A stretch of 64,000 bases of DNA from Mytilus californianus (Eukaryota): assembly GCF_021869535.1 (NCBI RefSeq), contig NW_026262679.1, positions 37,448,001-37,512,000 of the forward strand, written 5' to 3'. Shown here in pieces: positions 1 through 11,300 of this stretch. The notes beneath the pieces are model-generated. The model worked only from the letters and a program-made list of their open reading frames with translations. It made no database searches and was not told the origin of the DNA. The number at the start of each line of letters is the position of its first letter. Within the stretch, counting starts at the first letter, position 1. The translations under genes and the position numbers were made by a program.

Positions 1-645
1 ACAAAATGGTGCAAAAACTTATATAACTGAACACACAACAATTCATTAATTCACAATATCACATGATAAAGTTGTAAGTTGGAATTACCTGGCTGTTAGC
101 TATAATACCTACTGTAAATTCACATATTTTTTATTTATTTTTGTGAATCTTCAACAACTGATTACAATACAAGATTAATAAATGTGGACTCTTGACTTCC
201 TGTACATGTTGTAGTAGAATGTTAACCTGTGAGTTTTAATTTTTGTGATTTTCAACAAAGTCACTTTTTCCACTTACCAGTAAATAATAATTTAGCAATT
301 ACTTAATCCACAAAATTTGTTTTTGGATGAAAAATACACAGAAACATTCTATTCAATCGAATGAAAGTTTGAAACTACTGTCCTTTTTGTCAAGCCTGCA
401 TTGAAGGTTGTAGAAGTAAGATGTAGCAATTCTACATCACATTGGTGTTGTCAACATTTAGGTTCAGATGCTTTATTAAGACATCATTAATCTTGTCGAA
501 ATTCCTGGAATTTTAACTTGGACATAAGCTTTTTTGTAATCTTTTCTTTATGATAAATGGACTAATTTTTTTTTTGCAGTTAGCAGACATATTATAATAG
601 TTCACACATGTCTTATAGATAGAAAAGCTAACAAATAAGTCATAC

Positions 646-807
646 CACTTCCAAAGCAGGAGATGCTAAGAGTACCAAACTGATGAAGAACATCATCAGT
701 CCATACTGTTCTGTAACTTGTTCTTCATGTACCACAATACGAACACAATACCAGTGATTTACTAATAAAAATGTTGATCCAAATAACACCTGTAGCAATG
801 GTTTACT
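646..807 (-). CDS. SLC50A1: SWEET coding exon 4 (162 nt)
   Basis: atttcag|AGTAAACC...GAAGTG|gtatga; SKPLLQ...EQYGLMMFFISLVLLASPALEV; phase 0-0. Confidence 0.85.
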
Positions 808-3800
808 CTGAAATATCAATTGGAAACAAGGTTAACTTTCAAAGTTGTGAATATTTCAATAACCTATATATAATAATCCATTCTGTATATCAAAATTTAC
901 ATGAAGTTGGTTATAATGAAGTTCTTTTTCATCCCCAATCCAGGAAGTTTGCTTTATTCTCACTAGCAAAATGTGTCTAATCATGGAACTTAAGTTAATT
1001 CTGATATGTCTGACTGGAAAATATAATTTTATTCATGAACGAACACTGGATGACTCTGACAGGCAAAATATAATCTAAGGGGCCATTTAAATTACATCAT
1101 TATATGAATATTTTTTCTGGAATACATTATTAGCAATTATGTTTAATAGTTGCATTACCCTTTTTAATTTTTTTTATGCCCCCGCCCTAGTGGAAGGGGC
1201 ATTAAGTTTTACCCTTGTCCGTCTGTATGTCCGTATGTCCCAAAATAGCTTTCCGTTCTCTAACGTTAGTTTACCTCAACGAAATTTTATGAAACTTATA
1301 CACAATGCTTATTACCACAAAAGTCAGATCAAGTACAAATTTGGGTAGTGTCACTTTTACTGTTCATGAGTTATGTTCCTTTATAACATTATATGCAAGC
1401 GGGGGCATCATCTGTGTCCCGTGGACACATTCCCCATTTATTTTTAAATATGAAATTAAAAAAAAAACATAAAAAATTACCAAAAAAGTTGGCATTCAAA
1501 GTTTTAATCTCTCAAATTTTTTGAAGATGAGTTTAGTTATTTCACTTCCAAAAAGGCAAACAGCATGCATCAATTTGTCAGATAAAGAACTGTGTGTAGT
1601 AGATTTTGTCTTCTGAAATGTTTAAAACTTAAGGCTTTCAACATACAGCCTTTATCTCAAAGTAAGAAGAAGTAGTAGTAAATTTTGTTTAGAGTCGGAC
1701 AAGATATGTACAAATCAACATAGTAAACATGAGCTCTGCTCAGTACAGAGGTTGGAGCAAACTACAGTCAGGATATTAAAACAATACTTTACCACATTTT
1801 ATATTACATAAAATTTCAAAACAACTACAGTAAGCTTAGTCTAAAGAGATGAAATAAGTTCCTAACCGTTTTAAGTATATAAACAAGCTCAGAAAATAAT
1901 TCCTAAAGTATAGTATAAAATATATCATGAAGTTTAACTAACTTACCTTGGATTTAGTCATGGCAATGTATGAGACTACACCTACAGCACTCATGATCAT
2001 GGCTAAAAGGTTGATGTATAGTAAGGTAGCATTAGATATCATTAAACCATAAATTGTTCCCACCACACCACTGTAATAAATCAATTAGTTGATGGTAATA
2101 CATGAACTACACCTTGACTTGTTCCCACTACACTTCTATGGTTAAATATATATAATTATTGGCTGTATCAAAGAAAACAGTTGATGAAAGACCAAACTGT
2201 AATGGCCAGTTAACTGGACAACTAGTAAACCATAAATTGTTCCTAGCTGTTAAGTGTGTGGTAATGGTGGACACCAGTACACCATGGGTTTTTCTTGCTA
2301 CACTACTATCTGTAATAAGTCATTCATACTGATGTAGTGTGTAGGCTTGTACATGTTGTATGCAAATATTGGCAAAACCGCAAAATTTTAGTTTTCTGTA
2401 ATCTACAAAAATTGGTACCCATAAAAACAAATGAATCTACAGTAAGCTATCAGATTATTGAATAGTCTTGGTGTTCCTTCTCATGGTAGCTTACAAGTGG
2501 TAATGAGTTCCATCCCATACTGGGTCAAATAAAAGACTTTTGCTTAAAATTGCTGCTTCTCTGCCAAGTACAACAAAGCAGATTTAATATGCTTTTTTCT
2601 TATTAACTTGAAATCATCCTGAAAATTCAAGCAACATTTCCCACTAGATATATTATATACTTTTAGGAGCTTGAAATATTGAAATACAATTTTTATGGAT
2701 ATCTGTAGATGATTATTATTTTTTTCAAAGACAGATTTATTTCCCGTGTGATTTACAAGGATATATATGTTAACGTTTTCTTGGCTAAGTCAACATGTTA
2801 AAGGTCCTTGATATAAGTATGTATGTCCTTTGCTTATCATAGCAAATAACATGATTTTCATAACTTCTAGATTTTTTATTATATCTATTTTCTTTATCAT
2901 TTGTTAATCCTTATTATTAAAATCATTCTTGATTTTTCCACATCAGAAAACATAAAACTTTATATTTCTACTTTATATTTCTAAAACTGTATCCAAAAAC
3001 CTTTACCAGGAGTATACATTTAGTATGAATCACATTGACTTCCGAGAATTGCTATGTCCACTAACTGACATTTAGGTAGACTTTTTTTACATTGCACAAG
3101 GTCATGTTTTTCTCTGACTATTAATGACGTTTTAACACTAAATCTTTTTTGATATTTAGTCTTAGACACATGATTTTTTTTATTAGTTGCTATTGGCTTT
3201 GAACAAGCTTTCAGTAACTGCAAGTACTCTCAGATCTGTACTTGAGTTTTTTGTGTTTTTGTTAGGGTTTTTATGTGCTTTGTATTGATCTGATGAGTTT
3301 TCAACTGATTTTTACAGTTTTTTCTTATGTCATACTGTTACACCACTGTCCCAGGTTAGGGGGAGGGTTTGGCGCCAGCAAACATGCTTAACCCGCAACA
3401 TCTGTATGTGCCTGTCTCAAGTCAGGAGCCTGTATTTCTATCAGTGGTTGTCGTTTGTTGCTGTATATCATATTTCTTTGTTTGTTTATTGCTTTGTACA
3501 TAAATCAGGCCACTAGTTTTCTCATTTGACTTGTTTTACATTTGTCATTTCCGAACCTTTTATAGCTTACTATGGGGTATGGGTTTTGCTCATTTTTGAA
3601 GGACATAGGTGACGTAAAGGTGTAATACCACCATTGATTTTCCCCTATTAGTCTTTGTTAAATTTGCACTTTTCAAAAAATTGTGCAGAATTTATCTTTG
3701 TTTCAAATAAAGAAATACTTGGCATGTGTAAAGTTTTATCCTGTCCAGTACTATAGACAAAATTTCCCCCCCCCCCTTTTTTTTGCTTTTGTGCAATACA

Positions 3801-6800
3801 CTATGCTGTTGCAAATTTCCCCTCCCCCCTCCCAAAAAAAAAATTTACCCCCCCCCCTTTTTTTTGCAAAAAAAAAATATTTGAAGAAATTTTCTTTTTA
3901 ATTTCTGAAATCTGAAATGAAAAAAAAAATTGCCCCCAACAATTTCTTTTTTAAATAGATAATTCAAAAGCAGTGTAAGGGAGGTAATCCAACATTGTAC
4001 AATTTTGTTTTTGGATTACCTCCCTTACACTGCTTTTAAATTGTCCATTAACCAGGAAACCCTTGTTTTTTCCCCTTTTTTGCCCCTTATTCCTTAACGG
4101 TTTGAGCCATAACCCCCAAAGCCAATCCTAACCATCCCTTTGTGGTATGGAAACTTGTGGTATAATTTCAGAGAGATCCATATACTTAAACACAAGTTAT
4201 TGTCTGGAAGTTACAAAAATGCTTATTTTTGGCCCCTTATTCCTTAACTGTTGGTAACATAACCCCCAAAATCAATCCCAACCTTCCTTTTGTGGTATTG
4301 TACCTTATGGTAAAATTTCATAAGAGATCCATTCACTTAAACTAAAGTTATTGTGCGAAAACCAATGTGTCTTCGGACGCCAACGTCATACCAATATACG
4401 GTCGTATAAAAAATAAGGGTGCTTTGAAACACCCAAGATATATGTTTATGACTCAGAATTTTTTTACTGCAATGAAATGTAGGATTAATTTCCTACAACT
4501 GTCAAATTCAAGGGAATATTTTTTTTCGACCCTTTTTCGTATGCAACCGGATGTGACGTACTATGATTTGGTGGTATTACACCTTAAGCAAGAGCAACAC
4601 GAACTCCTTGTATACAAAACTGAACTTATATTTCAAGTTTATATAACAACTGCAAAATAAGGGTTTGCTCATTTTTGAAGGTCGTACTGTTTCCTGTATT
4701 TTTCCACATCTTGTCCTCTGGTGGATAGTTGTCTCATTTGCAATCAAACCACCTCTCCTTATTTTTATATTTATACTTACTTCATCATTCCAAGAAAAAA
4801 AAAAATAAAAGGAACATTTTTAGTGATACCAGTCTTTATCATATGGATACATGGTGGTCTGAAATTTAAAAAAAAATGAGGAATTCATATTCAGTTGTAT
4901 ACATTAATGAATAATCATATTTTGAAGAGAGATTTTTGGTAGTCTCTGATAAATTTATTACAGTATTTTTAGACTCTGAGTATAGGTTAAAGTTTCACAT
5001 TTTGAACATAAAATGTGCAGGTTAACCATAGGTGTAAGAGATTTATCATTGTCCTCTCCAGAAACTCATTTCCAGAATCATTAAGTTTTACTCTCAAATT
5101 ATAATTTGAAGCAAGTTTAATTTCCCTTGTCGGAATAAAAACTTCTTTGCAGCTATGAAGCTGAACGAAAAGTCATATTAAGTGGGTTTTAATCCCTGTT
5201 AATTCAAAAATAATATTTGGGTTATATAAATATAACAAAAGTGCACATGCTGAAATGTCTCGCCTGTTTTACTTATCATTGAATTTATATTGAAAGTCTG
5301 TAATATGAAGGTTTTACTACAAGTATCACATAAACTTAACATTGACCAATGAACCATGAAAATGAGGTCAAGGTCATATGAACCCTGCTAGACAAATATG
5401 TACACCTCACAATTATTCCATGCACTAAATATAATTGACCTATATTGCTTATATCTGTGAAATAACCATACTACAAAAACTAAAAATTGTCCAGTGAACC
5501 ATGAAAATGAGGTTAAGGTCAGATGAAACCTGCCAGACAGACATGTACACCTGACAATCGTTCCATACACCAAATATAGTGGCACTGTTGCTTACAGTAC
5601 CTGATAAATTATTAAGACCAAATCACAAAAAATAAACATTCGTTCAATGAACCATGAAATTGAGATCAAGGTCAGATGAAATCTGTCAGTCAGACATGTA
5701 CCCCTTACAATCATTCCAAACACCAAATATAGTTGACCTATTGCTTATTGTATCTGAGAAATAGACCAAACCACAAAAACTACACATTGTTCAATAAACC
5801 ATGAAATTGAGGTCAAGTTCAGATGAAACCTGTCAATTACATGTACCCCTTACACAGGCACTTGTCTCAGAAAAAAAATTTCCTATATACCTTAATGTGT
5901 TATATTAAGGTATATAGGAATTTCTTTTTCTGAGACAAGTGCCTGTGACCCCTTACAATCATTCCATACACCAAATATAGTTGACCTATTGCTTACAGTA
6001 TCTGAGATACAGACTTGACCACGTAACTTGATCACTGATCCATGGAATAAGGTTGAGGTCAGGTGAACCTGACGGACATGTAGACGTTGCAAGAAACCCA
6101 TATACCAAATATAGTTATCCTGAGGATTATAATTACTCATAATAAGTGAGTATTTCACTTAACAAAAAATTGTAATTTTTTTTCAAGCAGTCACTGAACC
6201 ATGAAAATGCGGTCAAGGACAATGTACATATATGACAGACTGAAACTTCGTAACATATAAGGTATCTGCAAACAACTGTATGAAGCATCCAGGTCTTCTA
6301 CCTTCTGAAATATAAAGCTTTATAAACAAATAGTTTACGCCTTCGCCGCCGCCACCGCCAGATTTTAATATCTATGTCTTGCATACTGCGACTTTTGTTG
6401 CAGGCAAAGAAAAATATTATTTCTTTAACTTTAAACGATCTAGTAATTAACATGATTATAAACATGATAAACATGATAAAGCTGGGAATGTTTGTAAATT
6501 AAAGTAACACATTGTTTTATTATAATTGAAGTATCATTACTCAAAATGACAATTAAAACAAATATATACAAATATATAAAAACTTGAGGGAACAAACATT
6601 TAACTTCAAGGGGGGATATGGTTTTTTATATATATTCATGGTTTAAATTTTTTTCATCAGATGGACACATCTATTCTTTTACTGATTTTATGAACGTAAT
6701 CCACTCTAATCTTAATTGAATAGAAATGGCAGTTTTCATTTGGAAAATCAGTAGTTCTCATTCATATTTTAAATGAATGTCCAATTTTCTACCAGAAAAA

Positions 6801-7680
6801 TAAATCATTTATTTTTTCAAATGTTTTAGACTTTTTCAACTCGCAACTTGACTTTTGTAACTTTCAACTTGCTTTCTTAACTCTCAACTCAACTTTTGTA
6901 ACTTGCAACTCAACTTTTTTAACTCACAACTCGCCTTTTATAACTCACAGCATGACTTTCGTAACTCACAACTCTACTTTAATAAATTGAAACTCGACTT
7001 TTATAAATTGAATAGCATCTCCACTTTTATAAATCTCGATCAACTCGACTTTTATAAATCCCAACTCAACTTTTGTAACTCACAACTCAACTTTTATAAC
7101 TCGACTTTTATAAATAGCAACTCCACTTTTATATAAATCTCAACTCGACTTTTGTAACTCACAACTCAACTTTTGTAACTCACAACTCAACTTTTATAAC
7201 TCGACTTTTATAAATAGCTGAACTCCACTTTTATAAATCTGAGAACTCGACTTTTGTAACTCACAACTCTACTTTAATAAATTGAAACTTGACTTTTATA
7301 AATAGTAACTCCACTTTTATAAATGTCTACTCAACTTTTATAAATCACAACTCAACTTTTATATCTCACAACTCGACTTTCTTAATTTGCAACTCTGTAC
7401 TCAACATAACTTGAACTGATAAGGTAAATCTCTGCAGTATTAAGTGGCTGTAGTCAAACAGGTATATTATAGAGCATGTAGTTAATGGCTATATATTTTC
7501 AAGGATATTTTGGTACTTAGACTGCATCTCACAAGATCCAGACATAAATGTAACCAACTGTCATTGATATTTACATATATTACTTCTGTTCCAATAATTG
7601 TCTTGAACTTACATGCCACTAGCTAACGCAATTACTGTTAGACCTTGTGTTAGTTTCTCAACAATTACAAACGTGTCCAT
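646..7680 (-). CDS. SLC50A1: SWEET1/SLC50A1-like sugar transporter (MtN3/saliva family); spliced, 3'-incomplete in the window
   Basis: Four GT-AG-flanked exons (7680-7613, 4858-4781, 2070-1947, 807-646; 68+78+124+162 nt) join in frame with phases 2,2,0. They give 144 aa: MDTFVIVEKLTQGLTVIALASGIPPCIHMIKTGITKNVPFIFFFLGMMNGVVGTIYGLMISNATLLYINLLAMIMSAVGVVSYIAMTKSKSKPLLQVLFGSTFLLVNHWYCVRIVVHEEQVTEQYGLMMFFISLVLLASPALEV. The MtN3 pattern (TM1 SG/P, YG, IN, QxGL...ASP) resembles human SLC50A1 as recalled. I found no convincing further exon in 1-645. Confidence 0.85.
1170..1437 (+). mobile_element. Helentron/HINE-like non-autonomous element (one core unit)
   Basis: T-run, ATGCCCCCGC...GCGGGGGCAT subterminal IR, GTCC microsatellite, 3' hairpin TGTGTCC-cgt-GGACACA; same family as 38504-39575. 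Confidence 0.7.
1947..2070 (-). CDS. SLC50A1: SWEET coding exon 3 (124 nt)
   Basis: ttattacag|TGGTGTG...TCCAAG|gtaagt; GVVGTIYGLMISNATLLYINLLAMIMSAVGVVSYIAMTKSK; phase 2-0. Confidence 0.88.
3270..3615 (+). mobile_element. SINE-like dispersed repeat
   Basis: Shares the catg(c/t)ttaaccc...cctgtc(c/t)caagtcaggagcc domain with 43060-43110 and, reverse-complemented, 47180-47240. Confidence 0.5.
3617..4413 (-). mobile_element. Composite repeat (HINE-like 3' part with two ~165-bp units; perfect 27-bp hairpin at 3966-4037)
   Basis: Duplicated ttttgccccttattccttaac...cataacccccaaa units at about 4078 and 4227; poly-C and poly-T runs. Confidence 0.5.
4781..4858 (-). CDS. SLC50A1: SWEET coding exon 2 (78 nt)
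   Basis: aaatttcag|ACCACC...ATGAA|gtaagt; PPCIHMIKTGITKNVPFIFFFLGMMN; phase 2-2. Confidence 0.85.
5233..6414 (-). mobile_element. Helentron/HINE-like element in reverse orientation with ~130-150-bp internal repeats
   Basis: End ...cgacttttgttgcaggcaaagaaaaa; repeated unit aaccatgaaa(a/t)tgaggtcaaggtcagatgaaacc...caccaaatatagt (about 5-6 copies); hosts the 95-bp hAT MITE. Confidence 0.65.
5853..5947. mobile_element. 95-bp hairpin hAT-type MITE
   Basis: 44-bp arms with 2 mismatches and a 7-nt loop; exact 8-bp TSD ACCCCTTA at 5845-5852 and 5948-5955. Confidence 0.85.
6834..7410. repeat. Degenerate ~21-bp minisatellite (aactcacaactcaacttttgt-like), with higher-order units
   Basis: More than 20 imperfect copies of caactc(a/g)actttt(g/a)taa in SWEET intron 1. 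Confidence 0.85.
7613..7680 (-). CDS. SLC50A1: SWEET first coding exon (68 coding nt)
   Basis: ATG GAC ACG...GGC AT|gtaagt; MDTFVIVEKLTQGLTVIALASGI; phase 2 matches the next exon. Confidence 0.8.
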
Positions 7681-8135
7681 TATGATTACTGATCTACACC
7701 AGCTGGTTATTAACTTTATTACATAGTTAACTTATACCTTTACTTATCAGGATTACCTTAAATGTGCCAATAACTTGAATAAGAATCTTAAAGTTTTCAA
7801 AAGTTTACATTTTCTAAGTTAAGCCGTTTGAAATGTGACGGATATAAAGAATTATTTCATGTGTTATTTTACTTGCACATATTTTTATTGTGAAGTAGAA
7901 AGAGCTAGAGGAATGGGGAAAGTATAGTTATTTTAGTAAATTACGGTATGCAAATTCCGGAAATGAATTCTCTGTCCGACGTTGATAAAGTTTACTTCAT
8001 ACCCATTTGATCCAGTATGCGTTTATAGACAGCCAAATACACATTAAAAAATAAGTTACCTGTACATATTCAAAAAGTAGGACGCGGTCAGAAATTGATA
8101 TCATCGGCTCATATGAAGATAAAACAGAAGGCACA
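7681..8135. promoter_or_regulatory. Probable bidirectional promoter / 5'UTR region shared by SWEET (-) and TM6SF1 (+)
   Basis: The two start codons diverge and are only 455 nt apart (7680 and 8136). The interval is locally CpG-richer. A minus-strand donor (ATGG|gtatga) at 8003/8002 suggests a short upstream SWEET exon. Confidence 0.6.
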
Positions 8136-8334
8136 ATGGCATTAACAAGATTTCAGGTGTCATTCCTTGCTGCATGTTTAGCATTTCCCATTCTGCTGTT
8201 GATGAAACTGATTGGTGGAGTAGACAATGCAGCAGCAGTATTCGCAGTTGGCATCGTGTCTCTGCTTGTCGTTTTCCTCGTACCTCGGTTGTATTTCCGT
8301 GACGGTCCACCAAAACATGACCCATTTTACAACG
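8136..8334 (+). CDS. TM6SF1: TM6SF1 exon 1 (199 nt)
   Basis: MALTRFQ...RDGPPKHDPFYN G|gtaaat; two hydrophobic helices; phase 1 donor. Confidence 0.9.
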
Positions 8335-11300
8335 GTAAATATTTCTCATCTCATTATAGGATGTATTTTTTTCACGGTTTCATGTCTCTACGGCCCCAAG
8401 TTGATCTGGCACAAGTCCTGATTTCAAGTTCTGCTTGCAGATAATTCTTGAGATGTTTATTATTTATGTTGCTTTTGTTTGCTCTGGTCTAGCATGTTTT
8501 ATTTCATTTTAAATTTGTTGCTAAATTTTTATTGCATGCTATGTAAGTGAGATTTAACTTCGTATAACAGGTTGTTTTATATGTCAAATTAGACTGTTTT
8601 TATGTTATGTATATGTTTTTATATTCGGTCAAAAGCTCCTTAGAGCTTGTGTTGTGTCTTTTAACTTATGCCGAATCAAAATAAAGTTTTCTTATCTTAT
8701 CTTATCTTATGGTCCACATTTAAACTAAGGTCGATTTAATAGGCCCCTAGATAAAAATACCTATGATTCTGGGTCCGTTCGCCCAAAATTATGTTGCTCC
8801 CATTCACGTTAGCCCCCTTTTGCATTCGTATCCCACACGTTCACACCCTTTTATTGGTTTTGTGTTGAATAAAGTTTTAAGGTTCATGTGGACCCTTTGG
8901 CTAAAATGGCTGCATTTTCACCTCATTATTTACTCTGAGTACAGACAAACCTGTGTATCTGGAAAAATGTTAAAGCATAGCATGCCCTAGATAAATAAAA
9001 TTCAAATATATTTTATGTTTTAGAAAATTAAAAACTTAACAGGATTTTGCAGTGCACTTTTTTTCATTCCTCCAGAAGGTGCTAAAAAAAACTAAGTTGT
9101 GAAAGAGGTTTGAGAACTTCCCCACAGGTAAAAATTGAAATGAACTGTATTGATTGACATGGACAATAGATGGACAATAGATACCTGACAATAATTGGTG
9201 ATTTAAACTGTGTACCTGAGGGACCATATCAAGTGAAACTCAACTGTTTGTTAATTTTATCATCTTCTACAGGGACGAAAAAAAGTGCACTGCAAAATCC
9301 AGTTAAGTTTTAAATTTTCAAAAACATACAATGCATTTGAATTTTATTAATCTAGGGCATGCTATGCCTTAAAACTTTTTCAGATACACAGGTTTGTCTG
9401 TACTCAGAGTAAATTTTGAGGTGAAAACGCAGCCATTTTAACCAAAGGGTCCACATGAACCTTAATCGTGTTTAAGTTTACAATTGCTATAAATAAGTTT
9501 TTCCCATTGTTTTGAATTAATAATAATACTTTATTCCGTAAGCAAATACAACTCATAGGATTAAACAGATACACAAATTATACAATTTACATATACATGA
9601 TATACATATACAGCATTAATGTCATAAACAGTTTCTAACATATAGCGGAGTTTGGCATACAATTTACATTGGTAATAAAAGTACATAACAAAAATCAAGT
9701 GTTACGAATTTTCTCTGTTTCATAAAGGTATTTACCCAGCTTATTTAACTCCTTAATATTTCTTACAGATAATAACTGAACTAGTTTGAAAGTAGATGGG
9801 TTTCTAAAATAATATATCTTAATATATTTACTTCTGACATATACATATTTATCACATTCTAATATAAAATGATATTCGTCTTCGATTACTTTCTTATCAC
9901 ACATAGTACAAACACGGAATTTCTGGAAATATTAAAGTATCTTCCAGTTTCTACATTAAGTGAATGTGAATTGATTCTATATTTAGTTACATATGACTGG
10001 AATAAACTGTTCAATGGTAGATTCAAATAAAATTAAAATTGCAAAGTATGTCCATCATGTATATATTGATACAAATTACATATTGAAGTATTTTCAAAAA
10101 ATGACAAGCCTTCAGCTATATAATTATCAACAATTCTTTTTTTTAAATTCATACAAAAATAATTGACTATTTCCAACACTTTGTGCTAACCATATATCAT
10201 TAAATCCATACCTGTTTAGTATGTCTCTTATCTTACAACTCCAGTTGAGTTTATCATTCGGTTTAACAAAACTAGATTCGTACATATCTTCATAAATACT
10301 CTTCAATATACAATTATTAGATTCTAATAACTTCAACCAATAACGAACCATTCTTACATATCTATTTGCATACAGTGGTAAACGCCCAAGTTCAAAATAC
10401 ACCATATGATATACAGTTCCTTTTCTCACTTTCAAAATTCTTTTTAAATAATACAAATGAAGCGTTTCTATATCAGCTCCCTTATGAAAACCCCATATTT
10501 CACAACCATAATCCACAATACTTGTTACATATGTATCAAATAAGGATATCAAAGTCTCAATGTTATAACAATCATCATAAATCTTACTTAATAAACAAAA
10601 TGTAGCCTTTCTACCCTGTTCAGAAAGTGTTTTCTGTGTTACAGTAAAAGTACCGTTATAATTTAATAACAAACCAAGATATACAAACTGATCACACATT
10701 TCTATCATTTTACCATTCAAATACCATTTCTCATTCTCTTTGAGTACACCTCTGTTACAAAAAACAACTATTTTGGTTTTTCTTAAATTAATGTCAAGAC
10801 CATTCTTGTATGAACTATCATATACAGTGACTATCATTTTTTGTAATTCAGAAATACTTTCGCTGAAGAGAACTGTATCATCAGCATACATAAAAAGATA
10901 AATATTTAACATTTTTACTTCATATGGTTCTATTCCTTGTTTAATTAACTCAATTTCTATGTCATTTACATAAATTGCATATAAAAATGGAGATAATGAT
11001 TCGCCTTGCATTAGGCCGACATTACAATGGAAAAAATCTGAAAATTCACCATCTAATTTAACACAAGTTTTTAACTTACAATACATTGATTTAATAAGAT
11101 TCAATAGGTTTCCACTAATACTGCATTTTAACATTTTTTGCCATAAAACATAATGTGACACACTGTCGAAAGCTTTGACAAAATCAATAAAACAACAATA
11201 TAGACGTTTTCCTTTACGAATACTTTTTGATACAACAGAATGAAGGGCAAAAATGGTGTCGTGTGTACCATATCCAGGTACAAACCCAAACTGCGCATCA

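Noticed and set aside
1-645. Remaining SWEET exons (5-6)
   Set aside because: Every AG-flanked candidate I tried on the minus strand (starting at 504, 226, 349 and 616) hit early stops or lacked SWEET motifs. The exons probably lie outside the window.
3285-3315. CTGATGAG in SINE-like repeats (also 47325-47332 minus, and 20143)
   Set aside because: There is no downstream GAAA or cleavage triplet in the correct geometry.
6903-7136. 77-aa ORF
   Set aside because: It is a translation of the 21-bp minisatellite.
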